From a bacterium (GTDB lineage: Bacteria > Patescibacteriota > Patescibacteriia > JACQSD01): DNA of 48,479 nucleotides. Shown piece after piece: positions 1 through 9,686 of this stretch (the stretch's first letter is position 1; each line of letters opens with the position of its first letter). The notes under the pieces are model-generated. The model was not told where the DNA came from. It saw nothing but the letters and a program-made list of their open reading frames with translations, and ran no database searches. The stretch covers positions 1-48,479 of the forward strand of contig JAUSHC010000002.1 of NCBI GenBank assembly GCA_030648795.1, in the 5' to 3' direction. A program made the translations under genes and the position numbers.

Positions 1-843
1 CAGACAAATTCACTGAATTTTGGACTTCAGAAAGCAAGAGGGATCTATGTGGCGCGAACAGATGCGGGAGACATTTCTTTACCGAAACGGTTTGGAACAC
101 AGGTAGTTTATCTTGAAGCGCATCTAGAGGTTGCAGTAGTAGGAACAGGAGCTATCCGCTATAATCCGGAAGGAAAGGTTATAGACGTTCTGCGTATGCC
201 CGGCGACGCTCTTACCATGCGGCAAATGGCAGTAGTGACGAATCCGATTATTCACATCAGCACGATGATGCGAAAAGATATTATTATTAAAGTCGGCAGC
301 TATCGGTTAGAATATCCCATTGCCGCGGATTATGATCTCTGGTCGAGATTACTGAAGAGCAGTTTTTCTTTAGTGAACATTCCTGATATATTAGCAGGGT
401 ATGAAGTGTCATCCGAAAGCCTGAACGGAATTCATAGAAGTGGTACATTAATTAAGGAGGTGAGCAAGATTATTCAATCGAATGTTGGAGCCTTTACTCA
501 GCATTCGATCTCACTAAAGCAGGCTGAGGATCTCTATAAATTTTTTATGCTCGATATGGATATGCTTTCACGCGATGACATAGAGAATACTGCGCGTCTC
601 TATGCAGAACTTATGACCACACTGCAGCTACCACGTCGTGAGATACATTATCAACTTTTGCGGAAGTATGCGAAGTATATTGCGTGTCACCGTGGTGGTT
701 TTTCGTTGAACGACCGTTTCGCTGTGGCTCGATTATTTTTTGAAAAGAGTGACGGTCTATTTTCATGGCAAGGCATAGTTCAAGATATAAACAGGAGATG
801 GCAAGGCATTCTCTGGCGCCACAATTTTCTATGGAAGTATTAA
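1..843 (+). CDS. Glycosyltransferase family 2, C-terminal part (5' end outside window)
   Basis: Frame 1 is open from nt 1. It reads QTNSLNFGLQKARGIYVARTDAGDISLPKRF, which matches the GT2 'ARG-x-Y-[IV]-x-x-x-D-A-D/G-D' region. Stop at 843. Confidence 0.8.
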   Translation, partial: QTNSLNFGLQKARGIYVARTDAGDISLPKRFGTQVVYLEAHLEVAVVGTGAIRYNPEGKVIDVLRMPGDALTMRQMAVVTNPIIHISTMMRKDIIIKVGSYRLEYPIAADYDLWSRLLKSSFSLVNIPDILAGYEVSSESLNGIHRSGTLIKEVSKIIQSNVGAFTQHSISLKQAEDLYKFFMLDMDMLSRDDIENTARLYAELMTTLQLPRREIHYQLLRKYAKYIACHRGGFSLNDRFAVARLFFEKSDGLFSWQGIVQDINRRWQGILWRHNFLWKY

Positions 844-2159
844 TAGGTTGGCTACATTCTTTGACTCTTGTAATTCCAGGCGTAACGCTCCTCTATCTTT
901 GGTATAAGCGCAAGGGCATTGAGATTGACCACATTTTTTTGTTTACTCTAGGGTTTATTTTTTATTTGATTTTGCCTTTTACGCTCGCTGAGACAGAGTT
1001 ATTTTCTGCCAACCTAGGAGTGTATCCGACATGGAAAAGAGCTTTTGACGCCATTACTCCACAAACGTGGGTTTGGTATTTTATTTCCGTATTATTATTT
1101 TACGGGTCATTTATTGCGGGGAGCTGGATGAGTAGTAAACGATCTTTACCGGCCGTAAAAATAAAGAACGACATAGATCCCACGGCGCTGAACATATTCT
1201 TTGTGATTGCTTTATTTTTTATTTTTGTATTTGGATACTCACTACGAGGTTACTTTTTTTTCGCTTACCAAAAATCTACGCAAATACCCGTATTTGATTC
1301 GTTTATCGCCGCGTCAATTCTGTTAATGAGCGTTGCGGTATGCGCAACGATCCGCCGTTATTATAAGAGGAAAGAAGGGCAGTCATTATGGAAATTACTC
1401 TTTAACCCGGCGGTAATCAGTTACTGCATTGTGGCGGTCTTGCTGATTTCGATGGGTGGGAGAGTTATTGTGGGTTCTTCGCTCATTATGGTCGCTGTAT
1501 TTTTTTCCGTATATATCCGGCGGATTCATCCGCTTGCCGCAATTGCTATTTTTATAGCGCTCATATTATCTTCGCATGTAGTTTCAATGTGGCGGATCGG
1601 TGTTTCAATGCAAGATACGTTTGCTATTCAGGAGTATTTCGTGTTGCGCGGATGGCTAATGGCTGCCACGGTGTTCTCTTCCGAAAATTTCAATGTGGGT
1701 TATTCCTTGATAGATTTTCTTGGGAAATATTCTCTACCAATACTTCGCTTTCCCCTCGTGCTCTTCAGTAATCTTATTGGGCTTATCCCATCGTTTCTTT
1801 TCCCAGCTAAAACATCATGGATGGTGGGCTTTACATCCCTAGGGTATAATGTCGGCGGTTTGTCAGGAGGATTCAATGCGTATATTTCACTGGTGGTCAA
1901 TTTCGGCATACTGGGTGCCTCGCTATTTCTTTTTGGATTGTCTTATGTATTGCAGCAGCTCAAACATTATTCTGGTCCGATCGCGACGGCAGTATATGTG
2001 ATGTTAAGCGGATGGCTGGCTGCACTATTCTTTAGAAATTTTGAGCAAACCGTTATTAAGCAGATGCTGGAGTTTTCAGTGCTCATGCCACTCGCGCTTT
2101 TAGTGGTATCACGCATTCTTATGAAGAGGAAAGAGAAGCTGTTACATCGTCAGCTATGA
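831..2159 (+). CDS. Polytopic membrane protein, O-antigen polymerase (Wzy)-like
   Basis: Long ORF consisting almost entirely of hydrophobic helices. It lies between a GT2 gene and an O-antigen-ligase-like gene. The start is ambiguous (ATG at 765, 798 or 831). Confidence 0.6.
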   Translation: MEVLIGWLHSLTLVIPGVTLLYLWYKRKGIEIDHIFLFTLGFIFYLILPFTLAETELFSANLGVYPTWKRAFDAITPQTWVWYFISVLLFYGSFIAGSWMSSKRSLPAVKIKNDIDPTALNIFFVIALFFIFVFGYSLRGYFFFAYQKSTQIPVFDSFIAASILLMSVAVCATIRRYYKRKEGQSLWKLLFNPAVISYCIVAVLLISMGGRVIVGSSLIMVAVFFSVYIRRIHPLAAIAIFIALILSSHVVSMWRIGVSMQDTFAIQEYFVLRGWLMAATVFSSENFNVGYSLIDFLGKYSLPILRFPLVLFSNLIGLIPSFLFPAKTSWMVGFTSLGYNVGGLSGGFNAYISLVVNFGILGASLFLFGLSYVLQQLKHYSGPIATAVYVMLSGWLAALFFRNFEQTVIKQMLEFSVLMPLALLVVSRILMKRKEKLLHRQL

Positions 2160-3676
2160 ACACAATGGACGCCTTTCGATATCTTTGTATAGAAAAGATA
2201 CGCCGCATTGATCCATTATGGATTCGTCGTTTTACTGTTTTCGGGGTTGCTATTTTTTTTGTATCGCTACCATTTTTTAGCATTGAATGGCAAGTCTTCG
2301 GCATCGAAAGACTAGAGATCAAGGTGCCAATGGTGGCATTTCTTTTGGTGCTCATAGCGTGGGTGATCAATGGATTGTATGCACCACATCGCTTAAGCAG
2401 AGAAGCAATACTTTTTTGTTTTTTAGCGTTCATGTACAGTGCATCACAGTTTCTTTCGCTCGTGAATTCCCCATATCCATCGCAATCCTTTATCCAAGGG
2501 ATCATTGTTACTCTCTTATTGATTATGATGATCGTCGTTTCTCAGATCATGCAAGACAGAAGACTTGTTCAATATATGTATGGTGCGATGGGAGCTTTCT
2601 CTCTTCTTTGGGGGCTGTACGTTTTGGGGGCGTATCAATTTTTCGTGAGCGCGACGGCACGGTTAGGACAATATGGTACGATTCTCATTCCGCGTTGGCA
2701 GGGTGACGCCGCATCGTTTGGCGATACTTTATTGTTTGTGACGGGGGCTGTTTACTGGATTTTTTTCTGGTTTGCAGAAAAGAAAATTGGCCGTTGGATC
2801 ATCTGGTTGTTGATACCGCTATGGCTACAGTTATTTATTCTACCATTTACAAAGGCGCTTATTCCTGCTGTTTTTTTCTTTTTTATTATTGGAATTATAT
2901 TGTTACGAAAAAGAAAGAGAATGATTATGGCTGTCAGTCTCGCGCTGTTTGTCGTTTTTACCCTTTTTTATGATCCTATTTCACAGTATGCAGGTGTGGG
3001 ATATGGAAAATTGGTTGCGATATTACAGTGGCAAACAAGAGACCAGCCTATCGCTTATTTAGAATCAGCGTCAACGGTACCAACCGCGTCAACGGTACCA
3101 ACCGCTATTGATGGTAAAGAGTACGAGAGAAGAGATAGTTTAACTCGGTTTAATCCATTTACGCCCTATGGCGCTAATTCAATTTTTATCCGTTTGAAAG
3201 CGATACGAGTGAGTATTGAGCAGGCACAAGATCATTTTTTCTTTGGGAATGGCGCCGGTCTTTCACGGGCACTGTTGCCGAGACTTGCGGATAAGTTTGA
3301 CATGAGACTTAGTGCGGAAGAGCGTGTTGAGTACGAAAATGCCGGTATATATGGCGTAGCGGCTAATACGAGCGTTATTGATTCGCATAATCTATTTCTT
3401 ACGGAGTTATTTAATGTGGGGATTATTGGAACTCTTGCCTTGACTGGACTTGTGCTACTCGTTATAAAACGACAGATACGTATTCTGCGCGAGAAAGCAT
3501 ATCAGAATGATACGATCTACGTTTTAGTTTTATCAACTTTCGTTGCGTTACTATTGTATAGAATGGCGGGCAGTTATATTGTTATTCCATTTTTTTGGGC
3601 AACGCTTGGTTTATTATTCGCACTAAGCGAAAGAGAAATTGGCAGCGTTGATCCTACATCAGCTACTATTTCATGA
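2156..3676 (+). CDS. O-antigen ligase / Wzy_C family membrane protein
   Basis: Polytopic protein with a large loop followed by a SHNLFLTELFNVGIIGT-type segment typical of Wzy_C proteins. ATGA start/stop overlap with the upstream gene. Confidence 0.7.
   Translation: MNTMDAFRYLCIEKIRRIDPLWIRRFTVFGVAIFFVSLPFFSIEWQVFGIERLEIKVPMVAFLLVLIAWVINGLYAPHRLSREAILFCFLAFMYSASQFLSLVNSPYPSQSFIQGIIVTLLLIMMIVVSQIMQDRRLVQYMYGAMGAFSLLWGLYVLGAYQFFVSATARLGQYGTILIPRWQGDAASFGDTLLFVTGAVYWIFFWFAEKKIGRWIIWLLIPLWLQLFILPFTKALIPAVFFFFIIGIILLRKRKRMIMAVSLALFVVFTLFYDPISQYAGVGYGKLVAILQWQTRDQPIAYLESASTVPTASTVPTAIDGKEYERRDSLTRFNPFTPYGANSIFIRLKAIRVSIEQAQDHFFFGNGAGLSRALLPRLADKFDMRLSAEERVEYENAGIYGVAANTSVIDSHNLFLTELFNVGIIGTLALTGLVLLVIKRQIRILREKAYQNDTIYVLVLSTFVALLLYRMAGSYIVIPFFWATLGLLFALSEREIGSVDPTSATIS
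3068..3103 (+). repeat. Perfect 18-nt tandem duplication in the O-antigen-ligase-like gene
   Basis: GCGTCAACGGTACCAACC x2, encoding ASTVPT ASTVPT. Confidence 0.95.
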
Positions 3677-4650
3677 AAATTCTTTTGGTCGGCGGCGCTG
3701 GGTATCTTGGCGGCGCACTCACCGATATACTCATACAGTCACCGCACGAAATCCTTGTGTATGATATTTTGTTATACGAAGAATCGTATCGGAAAAACGT
3801 GCCGTTTGTGCATGGCGATGTACGTGATCAAGAAAAGTTGCAGAAGCATCTTGATTGGGCGGACGTTGTGGTGTGGCTTGCGGCGCTTGTTGGCGATCCG
3901 GCGTGTACATTGAATGAACAGTTGACGCTTACGATCAACCGTGATGCAGTTGTGTATCTTCGAGATCACTTCAAAGGACGCATTCTATTTATGTCATCGT
4001 GCTCGGTCTATGGTGCAAGCGATGGCGTCTTAGACGAAACATCAGCGCTACAGCCATTGTCGCTTTATGCTAAGACAAAACAATGGGCAGAAGAAATTCT
4101 CGTATCACATGCACACGCGTTGATTTTTCGTTTGGGGACGTTGTATGGAGTCGGAGATCGCTTTGCGCGTATTCGTTTTGATCTTGTTGTGAATACGCTC
4201 GTTATGCGCGCGGCATTGCATAAAAAGTTTAGTGTCTTTGGCGGCAATCAGTATCGGCCGTTATTGCATGTGCGGGATGCGGCTTCGGCAATCGCACTCG
4301 CGTTAGGATGCAACGAGCATGGGATCTATAATCTGCATAGTGAAAACGTGACTATTCTCGACATTGCAGAACGCATAAAGAAATATTTTCCTGATGTACA
4401 CGTTGCGATGACGGATACGCATTTTCAGGATAACCGGAATTATCGTGTCTCGAGTGAGAAGGTAAAACGTGACCTTGGTTTTTCGTTATCGTATACAGTT
4501 GAGGATGGCATTCAAGAATTAAAAAAACTCCTTGAAGAAGAGCGTATTAAAGATTCATTTATCCGACGTTTTTCCAATTATCTTTACTTGAAGCCGCTTC
4601 TTTCAGAATATCAATCGCCCTTAGGCAAGGTGATCAAACTACATGAATGA
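3673..4650 (+). CDS. NAD-dependent sugar epimerase/dehydratase (extended SDR)
   Basis: N-terminal MKILLVGGAGYLGGAL Rossmann motif and a catalytic YAKTK (YxxxK). Confidence 0.85.
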   Translation: MKILLVGGAGYLGGALTDILIQSPHEILVYDILLYEESYRKNVPFVHGDVRDQEKLQKHLDWADVVVWLAALVGDPACTLNEQLTLTINRDAVVYLRDHFKGRILFMSSCSVYGASDGVLDETSALQPLSLYAKTKQWAEEILVSHAHALIFRLGTLYGVGDRFARIRFDLVVNTLVMRAALHKKFSVFGGNQYRPLLHVRDAASAIALALGCNEHGIYNLHSENVTILDIAERIKKYFPDVHVAMTDTHFQDNRNYRVSSEKVKRDLGFSLSYTVEDGIQELKKLLEEERIKDSFIRRFSNYLYLKPLLSEYQSPLGKVIKLHE

Positions 4651-5368
4651 ACTTTCCATCATCATTCCGTGCATTTCGACGACGGAGTATCTTCCGCAAT
4701 TTTTGGATACGCTTGTAGTTCATCTCATGGAAAATCCGAGCGATATTGATTGTATTGTGGTAACACATGAAGGTGTCCTTGAGCCTGAAATTATTATTGC
4801 GCATACACGAAAGCATTATCCGTGGTTGCGGTTAGCAATAGTGCAGCGGAAGGGGAGTACGCGGAATTTTGGTACGCTTGCGCGTTTCGGCATTGCATAT
4901 TCGACGAGCAGGTATGTGGTGCTCGTGTCTCCCTATGGCGAGGATGATGTGAGTATTATTCCGCGGATGCTCGCGGCGATTCGTCAGGGTACACAAGTTG
5001 TGCAAGCAACACGATATACTGCCGAAGCGTCTAGCCATTCGCTGCCATTGCGTTTTCGTATCTATCAATTCTTGTATCGTTTTCTTACACGCGCGTTCCT
5101 CGGTTTTTCGATTACTGACTCGACGTATGGATTTAAGATGTTTGATCGTACGTTTATGCAAGCACTTGGCTTAACGCAGAATGGGTATAGTATTTGCCCA
5201 GAGATTACGTTTAAAGGGCTTCTTGCCGGTGGGCGCGTAGAATATATTTCGTGTACGATGCGATCCGTTCCGTCGAATAAGGATTTTAAACTCCATCGGG
5301 AGGGACTTGGATATTTCTGGGTGCTTGTGCGCAGTATTGCGCATCGGTGGGGAATACCGTGGTTCTAA
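4643..5368 (+). CDS. Glycosyltransferase family 2
   Basis: LSIIIPC N-terminus, an acidic EDD segment and a GT2-like length. Overlaps the upstream stop. Confidence 0.75.
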   Translation: MNELSIIIPCISTTEYLPQFLDTLVVHLMENPSDIDCIVVTHEGVLEPEIIIAHTRKHYPWLRLAIVQRKGSTRNFGTLARFGIAYSTSRYVVLVSPYGEDDVSIIPRMLAAIRQGTQVVQATRYTAEASSHSLPLRFRIYQFLYRFLTRAFLGFSITDSTYGFKMFDRTFMQALGLTQNGYSICPEITFKGLLAGGRVEYISCTMRSVPSNKDFKLHREGLGYFWVLVRSIAHRWGIPWF

Positions 5369-5372
5369 TAGT

Positions 5373-6104
5373 ATGAAAGTTTGTATCATTGTTCCAATGT
5401 ATAACGAAGCGGTTCTTGCGCGTCTTTCACTCGAGACAATTCTTGAATTTATTCCAAATCTTCCAGGCACTACGACCCTGTGCGTTGTTGATGATGGGTC
5501 GCGAGATGCGACGCCCACGATTGTTGCCGATGTTATGCGTACAAAAGAAGGACAATGCGTACAGCTCGTTTCGCACAAAATAAATCAAGGATATGGTGCG
5601 GCGCTCCGGACAGGGATGTGTTTTGCGATTGACGGCGATTATGATTACGCTCTTTTCATGGATAGCGACCTTACGAATCATCCAAAGTATCTTGCTGCGT
5701 TCTACGAGAAAATGCGCGAAGGATGCGAGTATATTAAAGCAACACGGTATGTGGAGGGCGGTGGGATGGAAGGAGTGCCACTCAAGCGACGACTTTTTTC
5801 GCAAGTGGGAAATTTTATTGGTGGCGCTCTCTTTCAACTCCCCTTGACCGACGTCACAAACGGATTTCGCGCGGTGAAGGTAGATATACTGCGTGAGTTG
5901 CACTTGAAAGAAAATGGGTTTACTATTATCATGGAAGAGCTATGTCAGGCAAAGAAGTTGGTTCATTCGTTTGGTGAAGTTCCCTATATTCTTACCGACA
6001 GAAAGGTGGGGCAAGGCGATACGCATTTTCCCTATACCATGCGTACTATGGCAACTTATTTACGTTACGCATTAATCGCATTTTTTTATGAAAGACCAAA
6101 ATAA
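5373..6104 (+). CDS. Glycosyltransferase family 2, polyprenol-phosphate sugar transferase-like (DPM1/ArnC-like)
   Basis: VCIIVPMYNE, VVDDGSRD, NQGYGAALRTG and FMDSDL motifs. The start was moved to the internal ATG at 5373, immediately after the upstream stop. Confidence 0.8.
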   Translation: MKVCIIVPMYNEAVLARLSLETILEFIPNLPGTTTLCVVDDGSRDATPTIVADVMRTKEGQCVQLVSHKINQGYGAALRTGMCFAIDGDYDYALFMDSDLTNHPKYLAAFYEKMREGCEYIKATRYVEGGGMEGVPLKRRLFSQVGNFIGGALFQLPLTDVTNGFRAVKVDILRELHLKENGFTIIMEELCQAKKLVHSFGEVPYILTDRKVGQGDTHFPYTMRTMATYLRYALIAFFYERPK

Positions 6105-7365
6105 TCGTATTGGAGCGTTCGTCCATCACGCGACCTGTCGTTGTTGTGAAGGCAGCAACCTTGTAAAGGTTATGGATTTTGGCGCGATGCCGCTTGCGGG
6201 TGGATTTTTAAAGCAAGAACAATTTGCGGAAGAAAAAGTATACCCGTTGCACGTAAGTTTTTGTAAAGACTGTACACTTGTACAAGTGCCGCAAGCTATT
6301 CCACCCGTGACACTCTTCAAGGATTATTTTTATTTTTCTTCAGCGATTAAAACGCTTGTGGATCATTGTGCAGCATGGGCGAAAGAAGCGTATGATCGTT
6401 TTTTGAAAGATCGCATGAATCCTTCCGTTTTTGAAATCGGATGCAATGATGGAGTGATGCTTCGTCCGTTCGCAGCGCTTGGCGTGAAAGCGGTTGGTGT
6501 TGATCCGGCAACAAACGTGGTCAATTCGGTTAAGCAGGAAGGATTTACGATTATTAATGATTTTTTTAACGAGCAAGTGGCAAAGCGCATTCGTGCCGAG
6601 CATGGGCAATTCGATGTGATGACATCGAGCTATTCGTTTGCCCACATTGATGACATGGTGAGCGTAGGGAAGGGTGTTGCGGAACTTTTGAAAGACGACG
6701 GCGTATTTATTTGTGAGGTCTATTATATCGGAACGCTCATCGAGGAAATGCAATATGACATGATTTATCATGAGCATTGCAATTATTATTCGCTTAAAGC
6801 ACTGCAAAATTTTTTTGGAAGGCATGGCATGGAAATTTTTGATGTGCAATTCACGACGGGCGTGCGTTCCGGTGCGACGCGGTTTTTTGCGAGAAAAATT
6901 GGTGGACAAAGCGAACCAGTATCTGCGGCAGTAAAAATAATGGAACAGGATGAGCGAAAAAAGGGCTATGACACAGCAGAAACTTTTATGCAGTACGGAG
7001 AAAAGATCGCACATACGAAAGTGCAGCTTTTAGCAGTGCTTGAAAAATTAAAAGCAGAAGGGAAAATGATTATTGGTTACGGCGCGTCCGGTCGTGGCAC
7101 AATGATCATGAATTATTGTGGTATTGATGGAAAGTATCTTGACTATGTCGTAGATGATGCACCGGCAAAACATGGATTTTATACCCCGGGGACGCATGTG
7201 CCGATTTATCCGTGGACGCATACGGAAACAGGAAAATTTCCCGAGTATGCATTGCTGTTTGCATGGAGTTTTATGAATGAGGTATTAAAAAAACGACAAG
7301 ACTACATCGCGAAGGGCGGGAAATTTATTGTACCGCTACCTACTGTAACAATTGTCCCTGCGTAA
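6088..7365 (+). CDS. SAM-dependent sugar C-methyltransferase-like protein with N-terminal Cys4 zinc ribbon
   Basis: CRCCEG...CKDC cysteine pairs, VFEIGCNDG SAM motif I, and a C-terminal GYGASGRG domain as in C-methyltransferase C-terminal domains. Confidence 0.75.
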   Translation: MKDQNNRIGAFVHHATCRCCEGSNLVKVMDFGAMPLAGGFLKQEQFAEEKVYPLHVSFCKDCTLVQVPQAIPPVTLFKDYFYFSSAIKTLVDHCAAWAKEAYDRFLKDRMNPSVFEIGCNDGVMLRPFAALGVKAVGVDPATNVVNSVKQEGFTIINDFFNEQVAKRIRAEHGQFDVMTSSYSFAHIDDMVSVGKGVAELLKDDGVFICEVYYIGTLIEEMQYDMIYHEHCNYYSLKALQNFFGRHGMEIFDVQFTTGVRSGATRFFARKIGGQSEPVSAAVKIMEQDERKKGYDTAETFMQYGEKIAHTKVQLLAVLEKLKAEGKMIIGYGASGRGTMIMNYCGIDGKYLDYVVDDAPAKHGFYTPGTHVPIYPWTHTETGKFPEYALLFAWSFMNEVLKKRQDYIAKGGKFIVPLPTVTIVPA

Positions 7366-7369
7366 TTTC

Positions 7370-7390
7370 CCCCTCTTGAGATAAGAGGGG
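7370..7390 (+). repeat. Intercistronic hairpin CCCCTCTT-gagat-AAGAGGGG followed by GTGAGGGGAG
   Basis: 8-bp stem read directly from the sequence. Its G-rich tail resembles words in the 13738-13811 insert. Confidence 0.7.
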
Positions 7391-7401
7391 TGAGGGGAGT
7401 T

Positions 7402-8274
7402 ATGAAAAAAATACTCGTTCTTGGAAGTCGTGGCATGCTTGGGTCTATGGTGTATAAAGTGCTGTCGCAAGACAGCGCTTTTGCGGTTATTGGAACACAG
7501 TCGGAAGATAAAAACGCCCCGTTTTATTTTACGATAGAACAGGGGAGCGCTGGACTTGCTATACTTGGCGAATGTGATTATTTCATCAACTGCATTGGTG
7601 TACTCTCGCCAGTGACGGATGTGGAACGCGCGACTGCTGTTAACGCAAAATTTCCGCACGCGCTTGCCGCATACGCAGAAAAAATTAGCGCACGTGTGAT
7701 CCATATGTCAACGAATGGTGTGTTTGCATCACGCACAACACCGTACAAGGAGTCTGAAAAAACAACAGCAACCGATATCTATGGAAAGACAAAGAGTGAT
7801 GGTGAAGTCGTTGCCGATAATGTTTTGAATATCCGCACGTCCATCATCGGTCCAAGCCCTATAAAGAAAAAAGGACTTCTTGAATGGTTTCGTGGACAGC
7901 CGAATGGTGCGACAATTCAGGGCTATACGAATGATCATTGGAATGGCGTCACGACGTTGCAATTCGCCGAGCTGTGTCGCCGTATCATCATTGGTGATCC
8001 ATTATCCTTCGAGCGTAGTCGAGAAGTTCCTTTTGAGGCACTTCGACGCGAAGGACTCGCTATCCACTTCGTGCCAAATCAAACCGTGACAAAGTATGAG
8101 CTGCTCATACTACTCCAGAAATTTTTACAGAAAACAATCACCATCGTGCCGACCGAGGATCCTCGTGGAGAACAATCACACCTTCTCACTTCTACATCAA
8201 AAATACTCCCGTCACTTTTTCCACACGACATTCCCATGGAACGTGCGATCAATGATCTTGTACCATATTTTTAA
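7402..8274 (+). CDS. NAD(P)-dependent sugar reductase, RmlD-like SDR
   Basis: KKILVLGSRGMLGS Rossmann motif and YGKTK catalytic motif. ATG 7402 is preceded by GAGGGGAG. Confidence 0.7.
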   Translation: MKKILVLGSRGMLGSMVYKVLSQDSAFAVIGTQSEDKNAPFYFTIEQGSAGLAILGECDYFINCIGVLSPVTDVERATAVNAKFPHALAAYAEKISARVIHMSTNGVFASRTTPYKESEKTTATDIYGKTKSDGEVVADNVLNIRTSIIGPSPIKKKGLLEWFRGQPNGATIQGYTNDHWNGVTTLQFAELCRRIIIGDPLSFERSREVPFEALRREGLAIHFVPNQTVTKYELLILLQKFLQKTITIVPTEDPRGEQSHLLTSTSKILPSLFPHDIPMERAINDLVPYF

Positions 8275-8284
8275 TCAATAGGCA

Positions 8285-8313
8285 TTGACGAGTTTCCCCT
8301 TTTCGTGTACGAT
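8285..8313 (+). promoter_or_regulatory. Sigma70-like promoter TTGACG-17 nt-TACGAT for the MFS gene
   Basis: Hexamers at 8285-8290 and 8308-8313 with a 17-nt spacer. The same architecture recurs at 9633-9661. Confidence 0.55.
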
Positions 8314-8317
8314 CGCG

Positions 8318-8338
8318 GCATCCCGAATACAGGGATGC
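8318..8338 (+). promoter_or_regulatory. Conserved palindrome GCATCCC-N7-GGGATGC at the predicted transcript start (operator or 5' hairpin), copy 1
   Basis: 7-bp arms at 8318-8324 and 8332-8338. The 43-nt block 8308-8350 is near-identical to 9656-9698. Confidence 0.6.
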
Positions 8339-8378
8339 TGTTTGACATTTCGTTAATCATTGAAGGAGGAATCCGCAC

Positions 8379-9548
8379 ATGAGCAGCGTGAATAGGAATG
8401 TAAAGCTTCTCGGCGTAAGTTTTCTTCTCATCTTTTTTGGGTTTGATGGGATTCAGCAGTACGTCACGACGTTCTTCACGAACCTTGGTCTGCGGAGCGT
8501 TGGGTTTGTATCGCTCGTCATTATCTACCTCGTGTTCACTGCAGCAAATCCTCTCGGTGCAGTGATCGTATCCACAATCGGTGCAAAGCGAAGTATGCTC
8601 TTCGCAGTGGGATTCTACACGCTCTACTGCTTTGCACTTATGAGTGCTGTTCCGCTTGTTATCTACGCTGCATCTGCACTATTGGGAATCGCGGCTGCGG
8701 TACTTTGGACAGCGCAGAATACCTACCTTATCCGCGCAAGCGATGCGACCGTCTATGGTGCCAATGCGGGATTCTTCTCGACGATGTTCTCGATTGGTGC
8801 GGCACTTGGCGTTGTGCTTATGGGACTGCTTGTTCCGATCCTTGGTTTTCGAACAGGATTTATCTTGTTCGCCGTTGTTCCGCTTTTGGCACTCATCCCG
8901 CTCGCATACCTTGCCGATATTCGCGGTGAAGTGCGGGACGATAAGTGGCGGATGATTGGGAAAGCTTTGCGAAGCAAAACATCGCTTCGAATTGCCGCAG
9001 TCTGGTTCCCCTTTAATTTCATTCAGGGACTTGTGATCGGAGTTCTTCCACTTGAAATCACGACGACGGTTGGCATTGTGCAAGCGGTTGGAGTGCTTAT
9101 GGGTCTCTTCTACATTGCTCCCATGGTTTCCGCATATGCCTTGGGAAGGCTCTCTGATCGTATCGGTCGTGAGCGCATGATACACGCGATGTATGGTATG
9201 AGCATCCTTGGCGTTGGATTGCTCATATTCGGAAGAGGGAACCCAATCGTTCTCGTTGTCGCCATGGTGACATTGGCGGTTAACTTCGGTCTGTCGCGAA
9301 CAATTACGTTTGCGCTTGTCGGTGATATTGCAACCGATCGAAGTGTAGAGGCGATTTCCGCGTTGACATGGATCGTGCAAACGATTGCGACGACCGCCGC
9401 TCTTTTCCTCTCGATTATGTTTGAGGGGCGCGCGGTGTATGCCGTCTCGCTTGTTGGCATTATCTTTTCGTATTTTGTGTTTTTCCCAGTGCGTCAATTG
9501 TCGCTCGGAGTCGTGCGGCAGCGCATTGCGGAGGAGCTTGAGGAGTAA
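8379..9548 (+). CDS. MFS-type transporter
   Basis: About 12 hydrophobic helices in two halves with a central basic loop. It has its own promoter and terminator. Confidence 0.7.
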   Translation: MSSVNRNVKLLGVSFLLIFFGFDGIQQYVTTFFTNLGLRSVGFVSLVIIYLVFTAANPLGAVIVSTIGAKRSMLFAVGFYTLYCFALMSAVPLVIYAASALLGIAAAVLWTAQNTYLIRASDATVYGANAGFFSTMFSIGAALGVVLMGLLVPILGFRTGFILFAVVPLLALIPLAYLADIRGEVRDDKWRMIGKALRSKTSLRIAAVWFPFNFIQGLVIGVLPLEITTTVGIVQAVGVLMGLFYIAPMVSAYALGRLSDRIGRERMIHAMYGMSILGVGLLIFGRGNPIVLVVAMVTLAVNFGLSRTITFALVGDIATDRSVEAISALTWIVQTIATTAALFLSIMFEGRAVYAVSLVGIIFSYFVFFPVRQLSLGVVRQRIAEELEE

Positions 9549-9565
9549 TCAACATAAAGAGAGTC

Positions 9566-9594
9566 GGTCGCCTTGGGAACGAGGCGACCTTTTT
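9566..9594 (+). terminator. Rho-independent terminator after the MFS gene
   Basis: GGTCGCC (9566-9572), a loop, GGCGACC (9583-9589), then TTTTT. Confidence 0.7.
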
Positions 9595-9632
9595 ATATTT
9601 TGGCAGAGCTTACAATTTTTCGTGGCAGACGA

Positions 9633-9661
9633 TTGACAAATTTTCGTTTTTGATATACAAT
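9633..9661 (+). promoter_or_regulatory. Sigma70-like promoter TTGACA-17 nt-TACAAT for the 9737-11307 operon
   Basis: Hexamers at 9633-9638 and 9656-9661 with a 17-nt spacer. Confidence 0.6.
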
Positions 9662-9665
9662 CGTG

Positions 9666-9686
9666 GCATCCCGAATACAGGGATGC
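9666..9686 (+). promoter_or_regulatory. Conserved palindrome GCATCCC-N7-GGGATGC, copy 2
   Basis: Arms at 9666-9672 and 9680-9686. Same loop (GAATACA) and same trailing CTGTTTGA[C/T]ATTT as copy 1. Confidence 0.6.

Noticed and set aside
5307-5372. Upstream extensions offered by the ORF track (5307, 7390, 10660, 32898, 44229, 44705, 46364, 28826, 26962)
   Set aside because: The extensions overlap the preceding gene or non-coding repeats and add non-homologous residues. Internal ATGs immediately after the upstream stop give canonical N-termini: MKVCIIVPMYNE, MKKILVLG, MDKPEKVLFD, MLIINLL, MKANNF, MKLLLTGGG and MAQALIKT.
8343-8348. TTGACA within the conserved leader (8343-8348; TTGATA at 9688-9693) as a second -35 box
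   Set aside because: No acceptable -10 hexamer lies at a 16-18 nt spacing downstream in either copy.
8679-9497. Long antisense or shadow ORFs, for example 8679-9497(-), 6340-7014(-), 17021-17620(-), 18249-18806(-), 23448-24056(-), 39100-39786(+), 43295-43867(-) and 45779-46219(-)
   Set aside because: Each lies entirely opposite or within a gene with strong family motifs. They have odd composition (Arg/Ser/Cys-rich) and no motif support.
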